Source: an uncultured delta proteobacterium
Lineage (GTDB): Bacteria > Myxococcota_A > Polyangia > Polyangiales > Polyangiaceae
Direction of reading: 5' to 3'
Assembly: GCA_963850305.1 (NCBI GenBank)
Contig: CAWKKR010000007.1
Location: 1,063,936-1,127,935 of the forward strand
Length of the DNA stretch: 64,000 nt
Position numbers and translations under genes: made by a program. Below, in pieces: positions 11,186-20,218 of this stretch (positions are counted from its first letter, which is position 1; every line of letters begins with the position of its first letter). Under the pieces are notes generated by a model, which was given only the letters and a program-made list of their open reading frames with translations, was not told where the DNA came from and ran no database searches.

Positions 11186-12595
11186 ATGACGACGAAGGCT
11201 TATGACGCGGTGGTCCTCGGCGGCGGCCCCGGTGGCTACGTGTGCGCGATTCGTCTGGGCCAGCTCGGCGTGAAGACGGCGTGCATCGAGAGCGACGAGC
11301 TCGGCGGCGTATGTCTCAACTGGGGCTGCATCCCGTCCAAGGCGCTGATCAGCGCTGCTCACCTCTACGAGAAGTCGGCGACGGCGTCCGAGATCGGCAT
11401 CGTCATCGACGGGATTCGTCTCGACCCGAACGCGCTCCAGGACTGGAAGAACAAGATCGTCAAGAAGCTGACGTCGGGGGTTCGCACGCTGCTGAAGGCG
11501 AACGGCGTCGACGTCATCGAAGGTCGCGGGCGTCTCGTGGCGAGAGACGTCGTCGAGGTCTCGAGCGCGAGCGGCGCTACGGTGCGCGTCTCGGCGACGA
11601 AGGGCGTCGTCATCGCGACCGGCTCGGCGACGATCGAGCTTCCCGGCTTCCCCTTCGACGGGGAGACGGTCTTCGGAGCTCGCGAGGCAGTGAGCTTGAG
11701 GCGCGTCCCGAAGCGCCTCGTCGTCATCGGCGGCGGCGTCATCGGGCTCGAGCTCGGTATGGCCTACCAGAAGTTCGGGAGCGAGCTCACCGTCATCGAG
11801 CTCACGGACTCCATCCTTCCGGGCATCGACCGCGAATGCGTCAAGGTCGTCGAGCGCCGGATGAAAAAGCTCGGCGCGACCCTCCTGACGAGCGCCCGGG
11901 CCGAACGAGCGGAGAGACGCCCCGACGGCAGCGCGGTCGTGCACGTTGCAACGGGCGACGGGGCGCAGGCGCTCCCGTGCGATGCGGTACTCGTCGCCGT
12001 GGGCATGAAGCCGCGCTCGCGGGGCATCGGGCTCGAAGAGCAGGGCGTGGCCATCGACGCGAGGGGGTTCGTCACGACGAACGAGCGGGCGGAGACGAAC
12101 GTCGCCGGCATCTTCGCGATAGGCGACGTCGCCGGGATGCCGATGCTCGCTCACAAGGCGATGAAAGAGGGCGAGGTCTGCGCCGAGGTCATCGCGGGGC
12201 AGGCTTCGGCCAAGGACTGGGTCACGGTGCCGTCGATCATCTTCACAGATCCGGAGGTGGCGAGCGTCGGAGTGTCCGAAGAAGCCGCCCAGGTCGCCGG
12301 TCAGGCCGTGACGATAGGCAGGTTTCCCTTCGCGGCCCTCGGACGCGCGATGTCGATCCGGGAGACGGACGGTATCGCCAAGGTGGTCTCCGACGGCGCG
12401 GGTCGCATTCTCGGTATCCATCTGGTCGGCCCGTCTGCAAGCGACCTGATCAGCGAAGCAGTCCTCGCGCTGGAGATGGCTGCCACGACGGAAGACGTGG
12501 CTCTGTCGATGCATCCCCATCCGACTCTCGGGGAAGGCCTCATGGAAGCCTCGGCTGCGTCGCTCGGGAAAGCCATTCACGTCGTGAACCGCTGA
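11186..12595 (+). CDS. lpdA: Dihydrolipoyl dehydrogenase (E3)
   Basis: GGGPGGY, GGVCLNWGCIPSK redox disulfide, GGGVIGLE, LAHKA, HPHPTLGE. Confidence 0.96.
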   Translation: MTTKAYDAVVLGGGPGGYVCAIRLGQLGVKTACIESDELGGVCLNWGCIPSKALISAAHLYEKSATASEIGIVIDGIRLDPNALQDWKNKIVKKLTSGVRTLLKANGVDVIEGRGRLVARDVVEVSSASGATVRVSATKGVVIATGSATIELPGFPFDGETVFGAREAVSLRRVPKRLVVIGGGVIGLELGMAYQKFGSELTVIELTDSILPGIDRECVKVVERRMKKLGATLLTSARAERAERRPDGSAVVHVATGDGAQALPCDAVLVAVGMKPRSRGIGLEEQGVAIDARGFVTTNERAETNVAGIFAIGDVAGMPMLAHKAMKEGEVCAEVIAGQASAKDWVTVPSIIFTDPEVASVGVSEEAAQVAGQAVTIGRFPFAALGRAMSIRETDGIAKVVSDGAGRILGIHLVGPSASDLISEAVLALEMAATTEDVALSMHPHPTLGEGLMEASAASLGKAIHVVNR

Positions 12596-12740
12596 GCGCC
12601 GGCGGCCCCCAGCGGCGCGGGCAATGGAGGCCCATGGGGCGCTACCGGTGGGGTCGCTTCCCGCGTGGCTTGGCCGGGACCTCCGGGGGCGGGTAGTTTG
12701 CCCCTGTCGTCCGAGGCTCGGCCGTGTGAAGCTTCGGGAC

Positions 12741-13469
12741 ATGGGGCTCTTCGATCGAATGAGCCGAGCCGCTTCGGCCAACTTCAACGCGCTCGTCGCG
12801 AAGCTCGAGGATCCTCGGAAGGAGATCGAGCTCACCATTCGCGAGATGGAGGACCTCGTGCGGTCGGCGCGGCAGGAGATCGTCCGCACGATCGCGTCGG
12901 AGAAACAGGCGCGCAAGCGCATCGATGACCTGGCACCGGAGATTGCGCGGTGGGAGAGGAGAGCCGAGCTCGCCGTCGAGCACGGCGATGACGACCTGGC
13001 GCGCGAAGCTCTCCGCCAGAAGCGGCGTCTAGTCGCCGAGGGCGAACGCGCCGAAGCGCTGCGCAAGGAGCATCTCGCCATCGCGCTGGACCAGCGCGCG
13101 GAGCTCGAGCGCATGGAGCGGACCGTCGTCGACGTGAAAGGGAAGAAAGGTCTCCTCGCGGCGAAGGTCGGACAGGCGCGGTCCGTCGGGGGCCCCGAGG
13201 GACTCGGCGCGCGACCCGGCGCCGACGCCTTCGGCGAGTTCCGGCGCATGGAGGACCAGATCGAGGGCGTCGAAGCCGCCATCGCCGCGGACCGCGAGGT
13301 GCGCGATCTGCTCGGCGCGAAGTCATCTCCCGCGGGCCTCACCGGCGACGAGGTCGAAGCCAAGTTCCGCGAGCTCGAGCGCGGCGCGCCCGATGTGAAG
13401 CCCAAGCCGGACGACGTCGATGACGAGCTCACGGCGCTCAAGACCAGGATCCGCGTCGGGCCGGGATGA
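12741..13469 (+). CDS. pspA: PspA/IM30 (ESCRT-III-like) family protein
   Basis: MGLFDRMSRAASANFNALVAKLEDP N-terminus, WERRAELAV..GDDDLAREAL, FRRMEDQI, VDDELTALK. Confidence 0.9.
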   Translation: MGLFDRMSRAASANFNALVAKLEDPRKEIELTIREMEDLVRSARQEIVRTIASEKQARKRIDDLAPEIARWERRAELAVEHGDDDLAREALRQKRRLVAEGERAEALRKEHLAIALDQRAELERMERTVVDVKGKKGLLAAKVGQARSVGGPEGLGARPGADAFGEFRRMEDQIEGVEAAIAADREVRDLLGAKSSPAGLTGDEVEAKFRELERGAPDVKPKPDDVDDELTALKTRIRVGPG

Positions 13470-15799
13470 CCGAGCGTCTCGTCGTCTGCTTCCGTTCACC
13501 CGAGCTCGTCATCGAGCCGCGCGCGTACCTTTCGGCTGCCCACACGGTCGTCGAGCGGGCGCTCGGAATGGGCGGCCGTCTCATCGCGTGGGGTGCGACC
13601 GTTCACGCCTTCTCGTTCGACCCTGACGCTCTCGCGGCCGGCATCGAGCTCTGTCTGGCGGTGCTCCGCGAAGCGACGCCGGGCAAGGAGCATGGCGTCG
13701 GGATCAGCGCGGGTTCCCTCGAAGACGCGAAAGAGCCCGGCGCGAACGTCACCTTGACCTGGGGTTACCCCCTCGTCTGCTCGACCGCGCTGGCTCGCGC
13801 AGCGCGACCCGGGGAGATCCTGGTCGATCCGACCGTGGGCGCCGCGAAGCGGGGCGAGCTCCTGACCGTCGGTTCGCGCGTCGGGGTGTACGGCACGCTC
13901 CGGATGCGAGGGCTCTTGCTCGACGTGAAGCACCCGTGGCGCACCTCGCTCGCCGCCACGGGTGGCGTCGCTCGGCCGGCGCTGGTCGGTGACCTGCTCG
14001 ACGTCGAGGCGCCGCCGGGGACCATCACGTTCGTGCGCGCGGGCCGCGGGTTCGGCGGGTCGCGGATGCTCGAGCGCATCGAGCAAGCGCTCGAGCCGGC
14101 GCGTGTTCTCCACGTGACGCCGCATCCGTTCGGCGAGCCGCTCGGCGCGCTCCGGCGTGCGATGCTCCGCGCCGTCACGATGGGACACGCCCCGTTGAAT
14201 CTGAGCGGGGAAGCCGGGCACTCGCTCGACGCGCTCCTGGCGGGTGAGGGGCTCGACCCGGACTCGAGCGCGGATTTGCTCGTCGCGTGGCTCACGCCCG
14301 ACTCGGTGCACGACCCGCGCGGCGCGCTGATCCTGGACGATGCCGCCGAGATCGACGCCGACACGCTGGAGACGGTCGAGCGCGCGGCCGCGGTTGCGGC
14401 CGATGCCTTCCGAGTCGTGGCTCGTCTCGGCGAGGCGGAGCCGGTTCCGTTGCCGCTCACCGGGCTCCGCGTGGCGCACACGACGCAGGTCGTCCGCCTA
14501 TCGCACGAGGATGCGATGCAACTTGCCGGCGCCTGCACGGGGCGCGAGCTCTCCATGGAGATCCGGGAGAGCTGGGCCACGCGGGGCGGGCATGTCCCGC
14601 TCGCCGTCGTCGAGTCGGTCCGGGAAGCAGTGGAGGCAGGAGAGCTCGTCTGGGAAGACGGTGCGGCGATCGTCCGGCAGCGGTCATCCGGCACATCGGG
14701 CGCGCGTCCGCCGAAGTACTGGGTGAGAAAACGCCTGTCGCATCAGCCGGACGACGCGCGGCGGGTCCTCGAGGCGCTGGCCATCCTGGGAGGGCAGGCG
14801 GAGAGCCGCGATCTCGCGGACGTCATCGCGCGGCGCGCCGATCTGAAGCTCGACACGGAAGCGTCGGTGGCCGTCCTCATCGCCGCAGGGTGGGTCCAGC
14901 GGCTGAAGCCCGACGTCATCGCTCTCGCGGGCGCGACGCATCGGGACGCCATCCTCGCGACGCTCGAAGAGCGGGACTTTCAGATGTTTCATCGCGCGGC
15001 GGGAGAGATGTTCGCGCGGCGCGAGCGGCCGCTCTCCGCGGCCATCGCGACGGTGCACCTGGTGCTCGCGAGCGATCCCGTCCGCGCCACCGAGGTTGGC
15101 AAGCTCGCCGCGGGAGCGGCGCGCGCGATGGGCCTCGAACGGACCGCGGACGCTTTCGACGACTTTGCCGAGCGCGGTAACCTGGGGCCGCTCTCGACGC
15201 GCAATCTCTTCACCCCCCAGCTCGAAGCGGCGCGCGCGACGCCGAGCGTCTGGCCCGCCGCGCTGCGTTCGTCCGTGCCGCCGCCGGGTCTCGAGGTCGA
15301 CGACGGCGGAGAGGACGAAGAGCCCCCGCCGAGCGGCGTCGCGCCGACCGATGGTATCCCGCGAGCGCGCGCGTCCGAGCCGCCGAGCGCGGCCGTCGCG
15401 GCCCTGCGCACCGGCGACCTCGAAGCGGTGGACCGCATGGCGGTGCAGCTTCGCGTGGACGAGGGGCGCACCGCGCTCGCGGAGCGCCTCCAGGCGATGG
15501 CGCACATTGCCCGCGGCGAGACAGGCGACGCGATACGCCGCCTACGCGAAGCCGCCGAGCAGGCGCGAAAGTCCGGCTCCCGTGACCGCTGCCGTGCGAA
15601 TCTCGCGCTCGGGGTCGCGCTCGCGGCGGCGAGCCGTCACGAGGAGGCGCTCCTCGAGACCCTCGACGCGCTGGCTCGGGCGCGCGAGATGGCCGACGCC
15701 AAGGGCGAGCGCGCCTGCGTCACCTTCCTCGGCCAGCTCGCGGCGACCGTCGGACACCACGACGCCGCGGAAGCGTGGGCTTCGCTCGTCGCCACGTGA
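13466..15799 (+). CDS. Multidomain hypothetical protein: degenerate class III cyclase-like N-terminus, AAA/STAND-like ATPase region with degenerate Walker A, C-terminal TPR-like helices
   Basis: HGVGISAG...WGYPLVCSTALARAARPGEILVD (cyclase-like); RAGRGFGGSRML (Walker A-like, no Lys); ALILDDAAEID (Walker B-like); GGHVPLAV; TPR-like tail; ATGA overlap with pspA. Confidence 0.6.
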   Translation: MTERLVVCFRSPELVIEPRAYLSAAHTVVERALGMGGRLIAWGATVHAFSFDPDALAAGIELCLAVLREATPGKEHGVGISAGSLEDAKEPGANVTLTWGYPLVCSTALARAARPGEILVDPTVGAAKRGELLTVGSRVGVYGTLRMRGLLLDVKHPWRTSLAATGGVARPALVGDLLDVEAPPGTITFVRAGRGFGGSRMLERIEQALEPARVLHVTPHPFGEPLGALRRAMLRAVTMGHAPLNLSGEAGHSLDALLAGEGLDPDSSADLLVAWLTPDSVHDPRGALILDDAAEIDADTLETVERAAAVAADAFRVVARLGEAEPVPLPLTGLRVAHTTQVVRLSHEDAMQLAGACTGRELSMEIRESWATRGGHVPLAVVESVREAVEAGELVWEDGAAIVRQRSSGTSGARPPKYWVRKRLSHQPDDARRVLEALAILGGQAESRDLADVIARRADLKLDTEASVAVLIAAGWVQRLKPDVIALAGATHRDAILATLEERDFQMFHRAAGEMFARRERPLSAAIATVHLVLASDPVRATEVGKLAAGAARAMGLERTADAFDDFAERGNLGPLSTRNLFTPQLEAARATPSVWPAALRSSVPPPGLEVDDGGEDEEPPPSGVAPTDGIPRARASEPPSAAVAALRTGDLEAVDRMAVQLRVDEGRTALAERLQAMAHIARGETGDAIRRLREAAEQARKSGSRDRCRANLALGVALAAASRHEEALLETLDALARAREMADAKGERACVTFLGQLAATVGHHDAAEAWASLVAT

Positions 15800-15907
15800 C
15801 GGCCGACCGCCGTGCGTCCGAAGAGCGAGAGCGCGCTTCGAATCCGCACCAACAAAATCTCCTGGAGGACGGCCATCGCGCCCGCAAGGACGGGGCCCCT
15901 CGCTCCG

Positions 15908-17251
15908 TCATGCCGGACAGATGGGACGTCCGGCGCCGCAGACCGAGTGCTGGCCGTCCGGGTCGATCATGCAATTGGCGCTCGAGCAATCCGCGTCGCT
16001 CCGGCATCCGGTGTCCGGGTAGACGCAATAGAGGCCGAGCGGGATGTCGCAGCAGCCGCCGCTGACGGGCGCGCAGATCCCTCCTGCTGCCGCCGTGCAA
16101 TCCGTATCCCGCTGGCACCCGGCGCTCACGCACATCCGGACCTTGCGCTCGAAGGTGCCCGCTGGTGCGCAGATAGACCCTTTCTCGCAGTCGGCATTCG
16201 AGCTGCACTCGTCGGACGCGCAGACGTTACCGCCCAGCACCGCGACGCCATTGCACGACGGTGCGATGGGACCCGGGTAACACGTTCCAGCCTTGCAATC
16301 CGCAGTAGTGCAGCAGGCGTCAGTGGGCGCTCCGAAGTCGCAGGACGTCGCAGGGGGATAGGTTGTCGCACAGACGCGATAGCCGCCGGGTGTGACCTCG
16401 ACGCAGTGTCCCCCGGGGCAATCGGCGGCGTTGCCGAGAGTGCAATCGCCCGACTGATTGCCGGCGCCCCCCAATCCGCCAGCGCCCGTGCCGCCGCTGC
16501 CGACAGTGCCGCCGTTCCCGACAGTGCCGCCGTTCCCGACAGTGCCGCCGTTCCCGACAGTGCCGCCGCTGCCGACAGTGCCGCCGCTGCCGACAGTGCC
16601 GCCGTTCCCGACAGTGCCGCCGTTCCCGACAGTGCCGCCGTTCCCGACAGTGCCGCCGTTCCCGACAGTGCCGCCGTTCCCGACAGTGCCGCCGTTCCCG
16701 ACAGTGCCGCCGTTCCCGACAGTGCCGCCGTTCCCGACAGTGCCGCCGCTGCCGATTGCGCCGCCGTTCCCGCCACTGCCGCCGCCGCCACCGCTGCCGC
16801 CGCTGCCGCCACTGCCGCCGCTGCCGCCACTGCCGCCACTGCCGCCGCTGCCGCCACTGCCGCCACTGCCGCCACTGCCGCCACTGCCGCCGCTGCCGCC
16901 ACTGCCGCCGCTGCCGCCACTGCCGCCGCTGCCGCCACGTGCCGCCGCTGCCGACAGTGCCGCCGCTGCCGACAGTGCCGCCGCTGCCGACAGTGCCGCC
17001 GCTGCCGACAGTGCCGCCGCTGCCGACAGTGCCGCCGCTGCCACAGTGCCGCCACTGCCGCCGTTCCCGCCACTGCCGCCACTGCCACCGCTGCCGCCGT
17101 ACCCGATGACGCTCGTCGCTCCGCCCGCGCCGTGGGTTCCCCCCGCGCTCGCGTCACCCGCGACGCCCGCGTCCTCGGAGTTGAACAGCGACGGCGCCGT
17201 CCCCGAACAGCCGATCACCACGAGCGCAAAGCAAAGCCCCAATCTCGTCAC
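15908..17251 (-). CDS. Lipoprotein with a very long Gly-rich repeat linker and Cys-rich C-terminal domain
   Basis: Probable GTG start at 17251, lipobox VVIGC, GGS and G[N/S]GGTV repeats, then many Cys (CCTTADC, CSSNADC, CQRDTDC, CRSDADC). Confidence 0.75.
   Translation of the reverse strand: MTRLGLCFALVVIGCSGTAPSLFNSEDAGVAGDASAGGTHGAGGATSVIGYGGSGGSGGSGGNGGSGGTVAAAALSAAAALSAAAALSAAAALSAAAALSAAAARGGSGGSGGSGGSGGSGGSGGSGGSGGSGGSGGSGGSGGSGGSGGSGGSGGGGGSGGNGGAIGSGGTVGNGGTVGNGGTVGNGGTVGNGGTVGNGGTVGNGGTVGNGGTVGNGGTVGSGGTVGSGGTVGNGGTVGNGGTVGNGGTVGSGGTGAGGLGGAGNQSGDCTLGNAADCPGGHCVEVTPGGYRVCATTYPPATSCDFGAPTDACCTTADCKAGTCYPGPIAPSCNGVAVLGGNVCASDECSSNADCEKGSICAPAGTFERKVRMCVSAGCQRDTDCTAAAGGICAPVSGGCCDIPLGLYCVYPDTGCRSDADCSSANCMIDPDGQHSVCGAGRPICPA
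16488..17100. repeat. Intragenic tandem repeats: 18-nt unit (gccgccgttcccgacagt, encoding G[N/S]GGTV, about 14 consecutive copies plus a second block) and 9-nt unit (gccgcc[a/g]ct, encoding GGS)
   Basis: Directly visible in the sequence. Confidence 0.95.
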
Positions 17252-17440
17252 ACTGAGATTGTTCCGCCTCCGGGCAAATTGCGCAACCAAGTCGGCCCAC
17301 GAGGCGCTTCGGCGCCGGGATACGGGCGGGAATGTGAAGGGAGATGCCGCGGGACAGGGCGTCGAAGTTCCCGGCGAACGCGCCGCCGAACTTCAACAGA
17401 TCTGGCCCGATGCCCTCTCTCGGGCCTGGTGCAGTTCCGG

Positions 17441-18157
17441 TCACTGCGCTCGTCGAGTGTCGGCCCGGTCGTCCCGCGGCGCGTCGAGCATCGCTTCGTG
17501 GGCACGACGCCGCTCGCGACGCAGGTTCGCGTCGCCCTCCGCGTCGCGGTGCTCGCGGTTGGCCTCGGCGCGCGACGGCGAGTTGCGACGGATCCACGCG
17601 GCGCGCCGCACGACGACATCGAGGAGTGCCGCCGCGAGGACGACCGCGAGCGCTTCCCCCGCGATACGGGCCAGCACCGTCCCCGCGACGGCGAGGGAGC
17701 CCTCACTGGACCCAATGGCTCGCGCGAGATCCGGCGCCGAAGCGACGAGCCCGTCCAGCTCGACTCCGACGAGCGCGACGGTCACGACGACGCTGCGGGC
17801 GGCGTCATAGACACGCAGGCCGTCGAGCAACGCCGCGCGCTTCGCTCTCGACCTTCGCATTGCCATCACTCCGCCCGTCTGGGCGACGCCGATGACGAGT
17901 GCGGTCGCCGCGGCGGCCACGATGATCGGTGCGGCGAGCATCGCGACGTCCAGGGTGACGGCGTGCATCGACACGGCTCGGCCCTCGAGAGCGTCGCGCA
18001 GTCGCTCTCGAAACCGCGCGGCGATCGCCACACCGAGTGTCGGCGCGGCGACGATTGCGATCCCGAGCGACACCGAACGCACGAGCATCCCCGACACGGG
18101 AACGTCTCCTGCGCGGAGAGCGCGTCGCAGGCGCTCGAGGGACGGAGAGCCGGACAT
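17441..18157 (-). CDS. FlhB/SctU (EscU/YscU) family protein, membrane domain plus linker only
   Basis: PSLERLRRALRAGDVPVS (cf. PTxxRLxxARxxGxVxxS), hydrophobic helices, VAQTGG, EANREHRDAEGDANLRRERRRAH (cf. EVKxExKxxEGDPxxKxxRR); no NPTH. Confidence 0.72.
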   Translation of the reverse strand: MSGSPSLERLRRALRAGDVPVSGMLVRSVSLGIAIVAAPTLGVAIAARFRERLRDALEGRAVSMHAVTLDVAMLAAPIIVAAAATALVIGVAQTGGVMAMRRSRAKRAALLDGLRVYDAARSVVVTVALVGVELDGLVASAPDLARAIGSSEGSLAVAGTVLARIAGEALAVVLAAALLDVVVRRAAWIRRNSPSRAEANREHRDAEGDANLRRERRRAHEAMLDAPRDDRADTRRAQ

Positions 18158-18235
18158 GAGGGTGGTGTCCTAAGTTGCCTGGGCGCTATCGTAGGGCGGT
18201 GACCAACCCGCTTGGTCCAGCCAATTCACGGCCCG

Positions 18236-18421
18236 CTCGCGCAGCGAGCCCGCCGAAGGCGGCAGGGGAGCGGTCGCGTAGCGAGCCGCGGGGGCAAGGC
18301 AGGCAAGGCCCCCCCGGGACCCAACCTGCCCGCCGAAGGCGGCAGGGGGAGCGGTTGCGAAGCAAGCCGAGATGTGATGGGGTGGCACCCAACCCGCCCG
18401 CTGAAGGCGGCAGGGGGAGCA
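18236..18421. repeat. Intergenic REP/BIME-like palindromic repeat cluster, three copies of GCCCGC[C/T]GAAGGCGGCAGGGG(G)AGC
   Basis: Copies start at 18248, 18328 and 18396; related sequences at 46929-46990 and 57814-57885. Confidence 0.8.
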
Positions 18422-18473
18422 AGAGTGTCGCCTCGCGTTCCGGGGTTCGGCCGACGGCTCGGTCTCGATCGGA

Positions 18474-18923
18474 TCACGAATCGACGACCGTGACCTCGTC
18501 TTCCTTTTCCGCGCCCTCGGTCACGTTGAGTAGCTCGTCGACGAGACTCCCGAAGACGTCGCCGAGCGTCGAAGCGCCCTGAAGTTCGAACGGGACGGAC
18601 CAGCCGCTCACCGAGACGAGCGTCGCGCCACGGACGTCCGGTAGTGGAAACTTCAGGGTGCACACGGCCCGCGTGCGAATGCTCACGGCCAGCTCGGAGA
18701 GGGGTTTGGAGACGAGTGTTCGCGCTCGCTCGAGCTCTGCGCGCAAGGCGACGGCCGAGACCGTGACTTTGCCATGCACGAGCGCCTCTCCCAGCGCGTG
18801 GATCGCGATGAACTCGCCGGGCGTACCGCCCTCCAGGTGATACTGGACGTTGTCCCTGAGCATCGCGTACAGGATCCACCTCCGCTCGAAGCTGCCGCGC
18901 GGTCCGACGAACGTCAGGCTCAT
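18474..18923 (-). CDS. Hypothetical protein (loose resemblance to Imm70-type immunity proteins)
   Basis: 149-aa ORF with globular composition; similarity is from memory only. Confidence 0.6.
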   Translation of the reverse strand: MSLTFVGPRGSFERRWILYAMLRDNVQYHLEGGTPGEFIAIHALGEALVHGKVTVSAVALRAELERARTLVSKPLSELAVSIRTRAVCTLKFPLPDVRGATLVSVSGWSVPFELQGASTLGDVFGSLVDELLNVTEGAEKEDEVTVVDS

Positions 18924-18993
18924 GCGCTAAGAGTAGCCCCATCCTCCGCTCGCGTCGCGCCCGTCAATGGCCGTAGTGTTCGTGCCATGTTAG

Positions 18994-20205
18994 ATGACAG
19001 CGTGTGAACCGCTCGCTCGTTCTGTGGCTTGGAATCGCCCCTTGAAGCGTCCCCTGATCGAGCTCTCGACGCACGCTTCCGTCCGCGAGATCGGAGAGCC
19101 TTCGTGGCAGTCGCTGGTGACGGACGAGACGCCGCCGTTCCTGTCCTGGACGTTCCTCGACGTGCTCGAGCGAACGGGCTGTGTCGATGCCGAGCGCGGC
19201 TGGCAGCCGTGTCACGTGGTGCTGAGGAGGGACGGAGCCCTCGTGGCGGCGGCGCCCGCTTACGTGAAGGGCAACAGCGAGGGGGAGTTCGTCTTCGATC
19301 AGGGCTGGGCTAACTTCGCGGAGGGCCGGCTCCGGATCCCTTATTACCCGAAGCTCGTCGTGGCAGTGCCGTTCACGCCGGCGACCGGACCGAGGCTGCT
19401 CGTCAAGCCTGGCGAGGACGAGGCGGAGTTGCTCCGGGCATTCGCGAAGGGCCTCGTCCAGCTCTCGGAGCAGCTACCGGTCTCGAGCGCGCACGTCCTG
19501 TTTCCGACCGTGGAACAGACCACTCCGATGGTCGAACAGGGGCTCGCGCATCGCTCCGGGATTCAGTACCACTTCAAGAACGACGGCTACGCCACATTCG
19601 ACGATTTCCTCGGGCGCTTCACGTCGAAGAGGCGAAACCAGATCCGTCGCGAGATGCGCGCTCCGGACGAGCAAGGCGTCGAGCTCGTCGCGCTGGGCGG
19701 GGAGGAGCTCGGTCCGGAGCTCATCGATTTTCTCTACGACTTCTATCTCTCGACGGTGAACAAGTACGTCTGGGGCCGGCAGTATCTGAACCGAGCGTTC
19801 TTCGAGGAGCTCTGTGCACGCGCGCCCGCGTCCGTGCTGGTCGTCCTCGCTAGGGAGCGAGCGAGCAGGAAGGCCATCGCGGGCGCGTTCAATCTGCTCG
19901 GCAAGCGAGCGCTCTACGGGAGGTACTGGGGCGCGACCGCGGAGCTACCCTTTTTGCATTTCAACGTCTGCTACTACAAGGGCATCGCCGAGTGCATCGA
20001 ACGAAGGCTCTCGCTCTTCGAGCCTGGCGCCGGCGGGGAGCACAAGCTCGCCCGCGGGTTCGAACCGACGATGACCCACAGCGTGCATCATCTCGTCGAT
20101 CGCCGTCTCAATGCCGCCGTGCGCGACTTCGTCTGGCGCGAGCGTGAAGCGATCCAGCAGCACCTCGCCGAGTACGCCGCCGACCCGGTCGTGAAGCGGG
20201 TCTAG
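18994..20205 (+). CDS. GNAT/FemAB-like N-acetyltransferase (DUF482 family)
   Basis: PAYVKGNSEGEFVFDQGWA, YYPKLVVAVPFTPATGPRLL, LYGRYWG, LHFNVCYY, FEPGAGGEHKLARGF; true start may be near 19042. Confidence 0.9.
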   Translation: MTACEPLARSVAWNRPLKRPLIELSTHASVREIGEPSWQSLVTDETPPFLSWTFLDVLERTGCVDAERGWQPCHVVLRRDGALVAAAPAYVKGNSEGEFVFDQGWANFAEGRLRIPYYPKLVVAVPFTPATGPRLLVKPGEDEAELLRAFAKGLVQLSEQLPVSSAHVLFPTVEQTTPMVEQGLAHRSGIQYHFKNDGYATFDDFLGRFTSKRRNQIRREMRAPDEQGVELVALGGEELGPELIDFLYDFYLSTVNKYVWGRQYLNRAFFEELCARAPASVLVVLARERASRKAIAGAFNLLGKRALYGRYWGATAELPFLHFNVCYYKGIAECIERRLSLFEPGAGGEHKLARGFEPTMTHSVHHLVDRRLNAAVRDFVWREREAIQQHLAEYAADPVVKRV

Positions 20206-20218
20206 GTCCGCGACCCTG

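Noticed and set aside
16488..17100. Tandem repeats as CRISPR or non-coding satellite; overlapping Ala/Pro/Arg-Cys-rich ORFs such as 15812..18202 and 16458..17810
   Set aside because: No spacers; unit lengths are multiples of 3 inside a lipoprotein gene; the other ORFs are shadow frames of the repeat
18236..18421. Possible mini CRISPR array
   Set aside because: Only three degenerate units with unequal periods, spacer-like parts recur elsewhere as repeat modules, and no cas genes are in the window
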